DNA of 64,000 nucleotides from Patescibacteria group bacterium (GTDB lineage Bacteria; Patescibacteriota; WWE3; UBA101185; UBA10185): NCBI GenBank assembly GCA_049322215.1, contig JBMORU010000001.1, positions 969,759 to 1,033,758 of the forward strand, read 5' to 3'. Shown piece by piece: positions 56,769 to 64,000 of this stretch (position 1 is its first letter; each line of letters starts with the position of its first letter). The notes under the pieces were generated by a model. It saw only the letters and a program-made list of their open reading frames with translations, ran no database searches and was not told where the DNA came from. The position numbers and the translations under genes were made by a program.

Positions 56769-56798
56769 GACGTCGTATAATGTATGTTTAACGACGCC
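56769..56798. other. dif-like / recombinase core-site-like imperfect inverted repeat
   Basis: GACGTCGTATAA - TGTATG - TTTAACGACGCC. The 12-nt arms match 9/12 as an inverted repeat around a 6-nt spacer. The ATAATGTAT core resembles E. coli dif CATAATGTATA (from memory). Confidence 0.35.
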
Positions 56799-56867
56799 GA
56801 GGATTTATATGTATTGCAAGCACATAGATTCAACTGAATAGGGAGGCTTAATGGGATCACTCTATTA

Positions 56868-56990
56868 AAGCAGTTAATTTAGAAGAATTAATTATGTATT
56901 AATAAGTATTATTTATAGCTATTTATTTATTAATTCAGTTTTTATTTACGGCTTAGTAAAATTAATTCTTACTTGAGTACAAATTAAGTT
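56868..56990. other. extremely AT-rich tract within an 838-bp noncoding region
   Basis: Runs such as TTAATTATGTATTAATAAGTATTATTTATAGCTATTTATTTATTAATTCAG. No ORF of 60 aa or more on either strand between 56360 and 57197. Confidence 0.6.
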
Positions 56991-57007
56991 ATGCACAATT
57001 AACTTGA

Positions 57008-57092
57008 AAAGTATGACAACCCTCCCCTAGCCAAAGTATGACAACATAAACTATGACATTCTTACTTAAATTGCTTAACTAACTATGACAAC
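57008..57092. repeat. iteron-like direct repeats TATGACA(A/T)(C/T), four copies
   Basis: Exact 13-mer AAAGTATGACAAC at 57008 and 57033, TATGACATT at 57052, TATGACAAC at 57084. Confidence 0.6.
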
Positions 57093-57113
57093 ATTACAAC
57101 AAGCATTAGTGTA

Positions 57114-57126
57114 ATAATACTATAGG
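57114..57126 (-). promoter_or_regulatory. orphan promoter-like element CCTATAGTATTAT facing the noncoding region
   Basis: The minus strand reads CCTATAGTATTAT, one mismatch from the 13-mer used by the lipoprotein genes. The next minus-strand CDS start is ~755 nt away (56359). ACTATGGGG lies nearby at 57141-57149. Confidence 0.4.
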
Positions 57127-57197
57127 TATTAGCAAATATAACTATGGGGTGTTAACAGCACTAGCACTTCCCTGCCTTCAGTTTTAGTCCTGTTTGT

Positions 57198-57992
57198 TTA
57201 AGGCTTAAATACAAGCAATAGTAGTAAAAATAATACTGTTACTAAAGAATATTCAAAAACAAATCTATTTGTTATTTTATTTTTTAAATGGGCTTGTAAG
57301 TAACCAATTCCCGACATCAAAATTGACGCATCAAACATTGCTAACAAAAAAGATTCTGTAGGTATAAATGAAACACTGATGCTCAAGGAAAAGACAACGA
57401 AGGAAACTAAGAAACTACCTATTAGTACGTCCCCTATTTTAAATACTTTAGAATCTTCATCAAAGCGTTGCGACCAAAAAGTGTAAACACTAAATAAAAA
57501 AGTTGAGCCACTAATAATTAAACTCTGGAAAACTGAGATTATAGGTACTTTAAAGATACCTGCAAAATAGGGAATACATACAACTACTATTAATATTTGG
57601 CTCCAGGTAACAGCGACTCTATATAAGGGAATGAGCTCGTTTTTTTGCTGCACAACAAGAAATATATTATTCATTAACGCAATAGCGTATGTAATTACAA
57701 ATAAAGCCCCCAGTGCCCCTACAACTACAAGTTTGCTTAAGTTTGGAAAAAACACTAAGGATAATAACGCCCCGATTACCGCATGAATATGTAAAAGTAT
57801 TACAGGTAAAGTGAGTTTAAAGCTGTTTATTGGTAAATGAATTAATACCCCACCTAAAACACAAAAAAGCAAAGACCCAACAAGAAAATAAAGACGCAAC
57901 TCCCCTGCTACAAAAGAAAAAAAATACAACAGAACAACCTGCACTAAAGCATATATAGAATATTTAACTTTTTTTGATATGACAAAACTCAT
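57198..57992 (-). CDS. polytopic membrane protein (264 aa), hypothetical
   Basis: About eight hydrophobic segments. Overlaps the ruvC end by 4 nt. Confidence 0.65.
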   Translation of the reverse strand: MSFVISKKVKYSIYALVQVVLLYFFSFVAGELRLYFLVGSLLFCVLGGVLIHLPINSFKLTLPVILLHIHAVIGALLSLVFFPNLSKLVVVGALGALFVITYAIALMNNIFLVVQQKNELIPLYRVAVTWSQILIVVVCIPYFAGIFKVPIISVFQSLIISGSTFLFSVYTFWSQRFDEDSKVFKIGDVLIGSFLVSFVVFSLSISVSFIPTESFLLAMFDASILMSGIGYLQAHLKNKITNRFVFEYSLVTVLFLLLLLVFKP

Positions 57993-58480
57993 TTTACCTT
58001 CACTTTTATATAGTCTTTATGAAAGTAGCAGAGACCCATTGCCACAGCATCATTAGCATCATCAGGTCGTAATATCTCCTCTAGGTTCATAAATTGTTTA
58101 ACTGCTGACTGCAACTCTTTCTTATTAGCTCTTCCATAGCCTGTTAAAACTTGTTTGGCTTGTAAAGCAGTATATTCAATTATTTGCACATCATAATGAG
58201 CAGCAACTAGCAAAGGTATTCCCCGAGCTTGACCTACAGACATCGCGGTTTTAACGTTAGTGTTAAAAAACAAGCGTTCTATTACCATAACCTCAGGCGT
58301 ATGTACTTTCATAAGTTCGTGAAGGTTTTCATAAAGCATTCGTAGCCTTTTAGACATAGCTATACCGGCAGGTGTAGAAATAACAGCGCTATCAATCAAC
58401 TCTGGTTTTTGACTTCCGTTAAATTTTAAGACACCATAGCCTGTGGAGGCAGTGCCTGGATCTATACCTAGGACTATCAT
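57989..58480 (-). CDS. ruvC: crossover junction endodeoxyribonuclease RuvC
   Basis: VLGIDPGTASTGYGVL, MVIERLFFN, DANDAVAMGLC. Confidence 0.88.
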   Translation of the reverse strand: MIVLGIDPGTASTGYGVLKFNGSQKPELIDSAVISTPAGIAMSKRLRMLYENLHELMKVHTPEVMVIERLFFNTNVKTAMSVGQARGIPLLVAAHYDVQIIEYTALQAKQVLTGYGRANKKELQSAVKQFMNLEEILRPDDANDAVAMGLCYFHKDYIKVKVK

Positions 58481-58511
58481 GCTTTATAATTTTAACATAT
58501 ACGAATTGTAA

Positions 58512-59066
58512 CTAGTTTAAATACTTGTCTGGTATATCAAAATTAGCATATACCTCTTGCACATCATCTTGATCTTCAAGCAAATCTATAATTCGTAGTA
58601 AAGTTTTTGCTTGAGACGGGTCTTCTACGGGAATTTCAAAACTTGGCTCCCCTGTTATGACATCAAAAATATAGGCAGTACTACCTGCTTCACCTAAAGA
58701 GCCTCCATTTTTGTTAAATATGGTTCTTATTTCTGCTACTGTTCTATTTTTGTTATCAGTGAGTGCCGATACATAAAAAGCCACTCCCCCAGGGCCATAC
58801 CCTTCATAAGAGACTTCAATAAAAGCGGCGCCATTACCTGCACCTAAACCTTTTTGAATAGCTTTTTCAATATTATCTTTTGGCATACTGGCCTTTTTTG
58901 CCTTATCAACAGCTAAACGCAACCTTGGATTTGCATCTATGTCTCCCCCACCCTCTTTAGCAGCCACAGATATTAAACGACTCATTTTAGAAAAAACTTT
59001 GCTTTTTTTTGCATCGTTCGCATTTTTTGTTCTTTGAATGTTTTTCCATTTAGAATGTCCTGCCAT
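58512..59066 (-). CDS. YebC/PmpR-family protein, shortened (184 aa)
   Basis: [78 protein letters not shown]. About 60 aa of the middle subdomain seen in E. coli YebC are missing. Confidence 0.85.
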   Translation of the reverse strand: MAGHSKWKNIQRTKNANDAKKSKVFSKMSRLISVAAKEGGGDIDANPRLRLAVDKAKKASMPKDNIEKAIQKGLGAGNGAAFIEVSYEGYGPGGVAFYVSALTDNKNRTVAEIRTIFNKNGGSLGEAGSTAYIFDVITGEPSFEIPVEDPSQAKTLLRIIDLLEDQDDVQEVYANFDIPDKYLN

Positions 59067-59143
59067 AACTCAAATAATATCACATGAAGCCTAAGTTAGA
59101 GCAAATGTTTGCCAACCAACTTAAGAAATGTTAGTTTTCATAC

Positions 59144-59827
59144 ATGAAATCAAATGCACATGCACTAGGAAAAAAAGCCATAAAAGCAGCCTTAAATAAA
59201 GATTGGAAAGCTGCTGTTGAACTTAATCTGGAAGTGTTGGAGGAAGCACCAAAAGACATACCCGCAAAAATCAGATTAGGAAGAGCCTATTTAGAGCTTA
59301 AAGAGTTTGCAAAGGCAAAAAAACTGTTTAAAGAGGTCTTAGAATCAGATCCTATAAATTCTGTAGCAAAGAAAAATTATGAATTAGCAAAAAGTAAAAC
59401 TGTAGTAAAAGACGCGATCATAGATAAAAAAAGCTTAATCAGAGAACCAGGTACTACAGATGTAGTTTGGATGGAAATAATAGCGCCAAGAATTACAGCT
59501 AATAACTTTAAACCAAAAGAAATGCTCAACTTTAGAATTAACAAAAATACAGTAACAATATTAAAGGAACATTCTAAAAGTGGTGAAACAGACATTCATG
59601 TAGGTAATATAGAAAAAGATTATGCAGCTAGATTAAAAAAGGCCAAAGACAAAGAAGCTGAAATAACAATTCAATTCATTGAGGGCAATGACAAACAAAT
59701 TAAGCTTGAATTGACTTCAACTGAACCAGTTTTTAGGGCAGAAAAGCAAGAAGTCAGACCTTACTTTAAACAAGATAATACAATCATAGAGGAAAGCCCC
59801 TTCGCTGACATAGACGATGAAGAATGA
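59144..59827 (+). CDS. TPR-like repeat protein (227 aa), hypothetical
   Basis: The N-terminal ~90 aa has a TPR-like pattern (AKIRLGRAYLELKEFAKAKKLFKEVLESDPIN). Confidence 0.55.
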   Translation: MKSNAHALGKKAIKAALNKDWKAAVELNLEVLEEAPKDIPAKIRLGRAYLELKEFAKAKKLFKEVLESDPINSVAKKNYELAKSKTVVKDAIIDKKSLIREPGTTDVVWMEIIAPRITANNFKPKEMLNFRINKNTVTILKEHSKSGETDIHVGNIEKDYAARLKKAKDKEAEITIQFIEGNDKQIKLELTSTEPVFRAEKQEVRPYFKQDNTIIEESPFADIDDEE

Positions 59828-59830
59828 GAA

Positions 59831-59861
59831 AGGCCGCATTATTAAATGCGGCCTTTTTTTC
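59831..59861 (+). terminator. rho-independent terminator
   Basis: AGGCCGCATT, ATTA loop, AATGCGGCCT, then a T-run of 7. Confidence 0.85.
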
Positions 59862-59890
59862 GTTTGCTAAATAACTAACCCGTAAATTCT

Positions 59891-60724
59891 TTAACGCAGA
59901 TCCTCATCATTAATTACACTAGGATCAAATTCCTTCAGCTCTGGCTCTATCTGAGTGGATGAGGTAGGTTGGGTTTTGGGCGTTAAAGGTTCTGTAGGCA
60001 TTTCCAAAGCTTCTACAGGCGGTACTGGTGGTACTGGTGGCTTTACAACATCAACCGAAGGTGGTGGAGGTGCAACCGGCTGAGGGGCTGGTGTAGAAGG
60101 CTCAAGAGGAATATCCCCTGCAGGCGCAATCACTTCCTGTGGCTGCGGAGGCACAGGAGTAGAGTTAGGTGTGGGAGATTCAGCTAAACTAGGTGCATCC
60201 GTAGCTGTTTTAGAAGGTGCTACCGACTTTTCATCTTTCACAACGCTATCAAGAGTGGCAAAAGGTGCTTTTAAATTATTTGCAGGAACTTCAACACGAA
60301 CTTTATTGTTTACCTCTAAATCGTTAAAGCTTGCAGCAGCCTCAGAAATAACATATGAACCGGCATCTGTTAACACATGCCACTGACCATCTTTTTTAGA
60401 AACTACGCCTTCTAAAATCTTTCTGTCGATTTTTTCCACTTGCTTAAATAATTTCTTCCCACCGTCTTCAATCATTTTTAAGGTATCGCCATAGGCCAGC
60501 ATTGATTTCGCAGCATAATTGGGGTTAACCTCATACTTCTGACCGTCTTCAGTAATCATATTGAACCCATCAAACACTCCCATAACACCGGGTACTTCTC
60601 TGTAGGACACTTTTGTGGCCTCATCAACCGTTTTTAAAAGCGCCTTAACTTTAGCTAAACTTTTTTCTATAGCATCAATTTGAGATTTTATAGAATTTAT
60701 GTCTTTTGATATATCGGCAGACAT
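59891..60724 (-). CDS. hypothetical protein with coiled-coil N-terminus and Pro-rich C-terminal half (277 aa)
   Basis: ORF immediately downstream of the membrane ATPase gene. The C-terminal half is PPQPQ...PPPPSVDVVKPPVPPVPPVE. Confidence 0.6.
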   Translation of the reverse strand: MSADISKDINSIKSQIDAIEKSLAKVKALLKTVDEATKVSYREVPGVMGVFDGFNMITEDGQKYEVNPNYAAKSMLAYGDTLKMIEDGGKKLFKQVEKIDRKILEGVVSKKDGQWHVLTDAGSYVISEAAASFNDLEVNNKVRVEVPANNLKAPFATLDSVVKDEKSVAPSKTATDAPSLAESPTPNSTPVPPQPQEVIAPAGDIPLEPSTPAPQPVAPPPPSVDVVKPPVPPVPPVEALEMPTEPLTPKTQPTSSTQIEPELKEFDPSVINDEDLR

Positions 60725-60770
60725 TTGCCTCCTCTCATTTAAGTTTGTAAACTGACGGGCATTCTACAAT

Positions 60771-63344
60771 TCATTTGGAATGCCCAGTACTTTTCTCTGT
60801 TTCCATGGCTTTTCGTGCTTTATGCTCTTGGGAGATAGCTAAACCTTTATCGAACTGTCTATCTACCCAACGACGTATTCTTTCCTCTACAATGCGTCTA
60901 TCTGTACCGTAGTTTTGTCTACTTAGTTGAAGAGCACGTTCTCTGTTGGTAGCAGATCTAGGTACAAACGGTGGAACAGACTTTGCAGAAAAAGGCAAAG
61001 AAGTTGTTCCATTAATTACCATCTTAATATACATATTATACTTATCCAATGAAATTATATCGTTTGGAGTAAATTGAGGTGCAAACTCATTTGCAAGCAA
61101 TCGGGCATCACTCGCACCTAACCCAAAGGCAGCAATTGTTCCAACATTACCTAACACAGCACTCAATAAATAATCAGGAAGCTGAGATGTATATTGATGC
61201 GTTAGGTACAAACCTAGCTTATATTTACGTGACTCTGACAAAATAGACTCAAAACTACCTGTAGCAAAGTTTTGAAACTCGTCTACATATAAGTAAAATT
61301 CTCTTCTTTGTTCTGGGGCTAATTTTGCTCTTTGCAAGGCCATAAATTGAATTCTAGATACTAATAAGGCACCTAACAAATTGGCATTATCTTCACCTAC
61401 TTTACCTTTTGATAAATTTAGCAAAAGTATTTTTCCTGTATTCATGGCGTCCCAAATGTTAATTGTGGATTTTGGTTGACCCAATATATTTCGAATGGTT
61501 GTGGAAGCTAGAAATCTGTTTATTTTATTTTGTATGGGGGCAACCGCTTCTGTAGCTAATTTAGCATTCCCTCGCATAGCTGCGTACTCCTTTTCCCAAA
61601 ACTCCAAAACAACTGGGTCTTTTATATAGTGAAGAATATATTTTTGATAGTTCATGTCTCCAAGTAGGCGTGTAATAGAAAGCATGGTTGTGCCTGGGAC
61701 CTCAAGCAAAGTCAAAATAGCATAGTTTAACAAGTATTCTAACCTGGGTCCCCAGGAATATTCAAAGTGCACTTTAATTGCCGAAACAAGAGCAGATGCC
61801 ATTAAGTTTTTTTGTGACTGATCCTCTATTTCAAGTAAGTTAATTCCCACAGGATACGCAGTGTCAGAAGGATCAACTATTATTACATCTTTTAATCTGT
61901 GATCAGGAATATATTCCAAAACGTGGTCTATTAATTCGCCGTGTGGATCTAATACACCAACACCAAAACCATTATATATATCTTGCGTAATCATTGTTTC
62001 AAACAATGTCGACTTACCTACACCGGTTTTACCAATTAAATACATATGCCTTAAACGATCTCCCGTTGTATTATCTATACCAAAGGCAATACTCTGGCCT
62101 CTGTATGTAGTACGCCCAATATAGCAACAGTTTTCCGTTGGTAGATGTGAAGGGGGCTCCCCTTTTTTAGAATAAATCCATGACATATTAGGAGTTTCTA
62201 CATTAGATGTAGGCAAATGAAATATAGAAGCCATTTCAGTAATGTTTAATACATAACTGTTTTCCGTACTAAAAGTACGCGCCTTATATTTTTCAAAAGC
62301 CAATGAATTACTTACCTCATGATTAGTAATAAAGCTATTTAAGTTAGATGTGGAAAACTGGCGCATCGAGGCAGAAAAAGACCTTACTAGGTTTTTTGAA
62401 CGCTCCTGAGAATTAGAAGAAGCCAAAATTCTTATACTTACCTCAAAACCCATTTTCTCTAGCTTTGTTTCTATTGCTTCTACCATAACTTCTTCGGAAC
62501 CGGTTAGCTCTGGTTTCTCTGGAGCACTAGGGCCGGAAGACTGCTTACTACCTAAACCACTATCAGCAGAACTTCCAGCCAAAGCATCCGCAATTCCTCC
62601 AACTACGGCATATGTTAATGTTAAAAGTAAATCCAAAACAAAATCTAAAACATTGAAACCTTTTCTTTTTGATACAGCTTTTCCTGTAAGTAATTCTTTC
62701 ACATAATCGTAACCTTCTTCTTGCCAAACATCTGCAATTGGCCGTACAAGTAATTGTAACCACACAGTTTCCCCTTCTTCGGCCTCAGATAAAGCAGAAG
62801 TTAATGCAGCTAATGGGTCTACTTCAAAATCTCTAAATGTCTTTATAGGAAATATTTGGTTTTTTAATAAATTCATGTGAGCAACTTCAAATTTTTTATC
62901 TATAGGCTCAATGGCGTAGTCATCTACACGTTCGATGTGCGCTTCAGGGTATTGTGCATAAATTTGGCTTTCTACAAATTTATAAATGTGTCTAGGAACA
63001 ACAGCAAAAAATCTAATACCTTTAGCGTCTGAAGTTATTTCAAAAGTAAAGTGTTCTTGAACACCTGCATCTTCTCGCAACAATCCGTGCAAAGAAGCAA
63101 ACATCTGTTCTGCGGCAATAGGGGCTGTTTTGGTTACACCAATTTCAGGCATATCGCTCCAGGGAACCTGTATTTGAAGAAACACAGGATCATCAATTTT
63201 TTCTTCAACTATAGGTGTATCTTTTCTTTTTTTGGCTAAAACTAAAACTACGACAATTACTGCCACTAATGGGATAACAAGTAAAAAAGGTAAAATGGGC
63301 TGTAAAGAATTAAATATCTGATTAAAATTCATTTGTTTGTACAC
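60771..63344 (-). CDS. membrane-anchored P-loop ATPase, TraD/VirD4/HerA-like (857 aa)
   Basis: N-terminal TM helix. Walker A LIGKTGVGKSTL, DPHGELID block, Walker B-like FYLYVDEFQNF. The N-terminal domain carries AAEQMFASLHG and FVESQIYAQYPEAHI, which I recall from CPR proteins of this kind. Confidence 0.65.
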   Translation of the reverse strand: MYKQMNFNQIFNSLQPILPFLLVIPLVAVIVVVLVLAKKRKDTPIVEEKIDDPVFLQIQVPWSDMPEIGVTKTAPIAAEQMFASLHGLLREDAGVQEHFTFEITSDAKGIRFFAVVPRHIYKFVESQIYAQYPEAHIERVDDYAIEPIDKKFEVAHMNLLKNQIFPIKTFRDFEVDPLAALTSALSEAEEGETVWLQLLVRPIADVWQEEGYDYVKELLTGKAVSKRKGFNVLDFVLDLLLTLTYAVVGGIADALAGSSADSGLGSKQSSGPSAPEKPELTGSEEVMVEAIETKLEKMGFEVSIRILASSNSQERSKNLVRSFSASMRQFSTSNLNSFITNHEVSNSLAFEKYKARTFSTENSYVLNITEMASIFHLPTSNVETPNMSWIYSKKGEPPSHLPTENCCYIGRTTYRGQSIAFGIDNTTGDRLRHMYLIGKTGVGKSTLFETMITQDIYNGFGVGVLDPHGELIDHVLEYIPDHRLKDVIIVDPSDTAYPVGINLLEIEDQSQKNLMASALVSAIKVHFEYSWGPRLEYLLNYAILTLLEVPGTTMLSITRLLGDMNYQKYILHYIKDPVVLEFWEKEYAAMRGNAKLATEAVAPIQNKINRFLASTTIRNILGQPKSTINIWDAMNTGKILLLNLSKGKVGEDNANLLGALLVSRIQFMALQRAKLAPEQRREFYLYVDEFQNFATGSFESILSESRKYKLGLYLTHQYTSQLPDYLLSAVLGNVGTIAAFGLGASDARLLANEFAPQFTPNDIISLDKYNMYIKMVINGTTSLPFSAKSVPPFVPRSATNRERALQLSRQNYGTDRRIVEERIRRWVDRQFDKGLAISQEHKARKAMETEKSTGHSK

Positions 63345-63380
63345 CTCCTTAGCATAAAAATAGCTTTATAAACACATCAA

Positions 63381-63404
63381 CCCCGCCCAAAATTTGGGGC
63401 GGGG
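63381..63404 (-). terminator. GC-rich hairpin after the LCP gene
   Basis: CCCCGCCC pairs with GGGCGGGG (8 bp). Only a weakly T-rich sequence follows on the minus strand. Confidence 0.45.
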
Positions 63405-63436
63405 TGAAGAAAGGAGAGAGACTTGGCATTATATTC

Positions 63437-64000
63437 TCACAAAGCGTTTGCTATGTCAAGCCCTAGAATGACAGTAATATCCGATCGTTCTATTTCATTT
63501 TCTGTCAGTGTTTTCAAAGAGTCCTTTGGAAGAATATTAGAAATGTTAAAAAATTTTGCTATATACTTAACTGAGGGAGAATCTGGATTTTTTGCGATAA
63601 TTAAACTTTCAGAATAAACTTTACCAGCATTGCTCGTAGCTATAACATGCAAGCCTGCATTATTTAAAACTCTAGAGCCATGAGATGCTAAACCTGGCTG
63701 TGTTGTTCCATTTAAAACTGTAGTACTTTCACCATCATGTGTAATTTTGGAATTAAAGGTTATATCCCCAATTAACGTATCTACTTTTGCAAAATCACTT
63801 ATTAAAGCAGTATCAATGTTTACGGGATTAGCATGCATGAGAGTAGAGTTTGAAATAAACTTATGAATATAGTGAAGTTCAGATAAAGTGAAGTTTGTTT
63901 CAATGGAACTTTGTAACTTACTTACAAAATCCATATTGACCAAACTAAGCAAAGACCCTTCCGGTGACGCAGCCTCTAAATAAGTAGAGGCACTCTTATC
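63437..64000 (-). CDS. LytR-CpsA-Psr (LCP) family protein, C-terminal part incl. LytR_C-like domain (5' end beyond window)
   Basis: The reading frame stays open to the window edge (DKSASTYLEAASPEGSLLSLVNMDF...). C-terminal GLASHGSRVLNNAGLHVIATSNAGKVYSESLIIAK resembles the LytR_C domain. Confidence 0.55.
   Translation of the reverse strand, partial: DKSASTYLEAASPEGSLLSLVNMDFVSKLQSSIETNFTLSELHYIHKFISNSTLMHANPVNIDTALISDFAKVDTLIGDITFNSKITHDGESTTVLNGTTQPGLASHGSRVLNNAGLHVIATSNAGKVYSESLIIAKNPDSPSVKYIAKFFNISNILPKDSLKTLTENEIERSDITVILGLDIANAL

Noticed and set aside
57146-57195. Possible small RNA (SRP-like GAAGGCAGGGAAG segment) downstream of the 57198 membrane gene
   Set aside because: It has only a loose resemblance to the 4.5S domain IV sequence, and I could not fold a convincing symmetric or asymmetric loop helix.
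56360-57197. Calling this region the chromosomal origin (oriC)
   Set aside because: No dnaA, dnaN or recF lies nearby, and the repeats do not match the canonical DnaA box. It is kept only as one alternative in the findings, not as a feature call.

Overview
This is a 64-kb, gene-dense, low-G+C bacterial chromosome segment that uses the standard genetic code. All calls come from reading the sequence and the ORF track; no searches or statistics were run. No rRNA, tRNA, CRISPR array or transposase was seen. The content points to a reduced-genome monoderm lineage such as Patescibacteria/CPR (inference): shortened housekeeping proteins, LPXTG and LCP cell-wall proteins, no secretin, and a CPR-style membrane ATPase. 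Housekeeping genes: pheS/pheT, PBP1A, tyrS, recG, rsmD, pyk, rpmF, nusB, rnc, rpsP, trmD, holB, gyrB, gyrA, ppa, nrnA-like, rnhB, IMPDH-like, xer-type recombinase, ruvC, yebC. The dominant feature is a roughly 21-kb minus-strand type IV pilus supercluster (20533-41441): pilB-pilT-pilC, pilD, pilMNO, eight prepilin-like genes (a ninth lies outside at 44853) and two PilX-like genes. Inside it sits a duplicated two-gene module, each copy pairing a single-pass membrane protein with a ~1000-aa cysteine-rich exported giant of no family I recognise. This is my top candidate for an undescribed pilus-associated adhesin or host-contact system. Other notable items: (1) three tandem paralogous lipoprotein genes, each with its own promoter and terminator; (2) the 8-mer CCTATAGT/ACTATAGG, found by eye at nine intergenic sites fused to -10 boxes of accessory exported or hypothetical genes; (3) an accessory island splitting gyrB from gyrA, with an Ssu72-like phosphatase, an extra pilin and two LPXTG proteins; (4) an rpmF...ACP-like-rnc remnant in which the ACP-like protein lacks the phosphopantetheine serine; (5) an 838-bp AT-rich noncoding region beside the recombinase gene, with a dif-like inverted repeat, iteron-like repeats and an orphan promoter-like motif.
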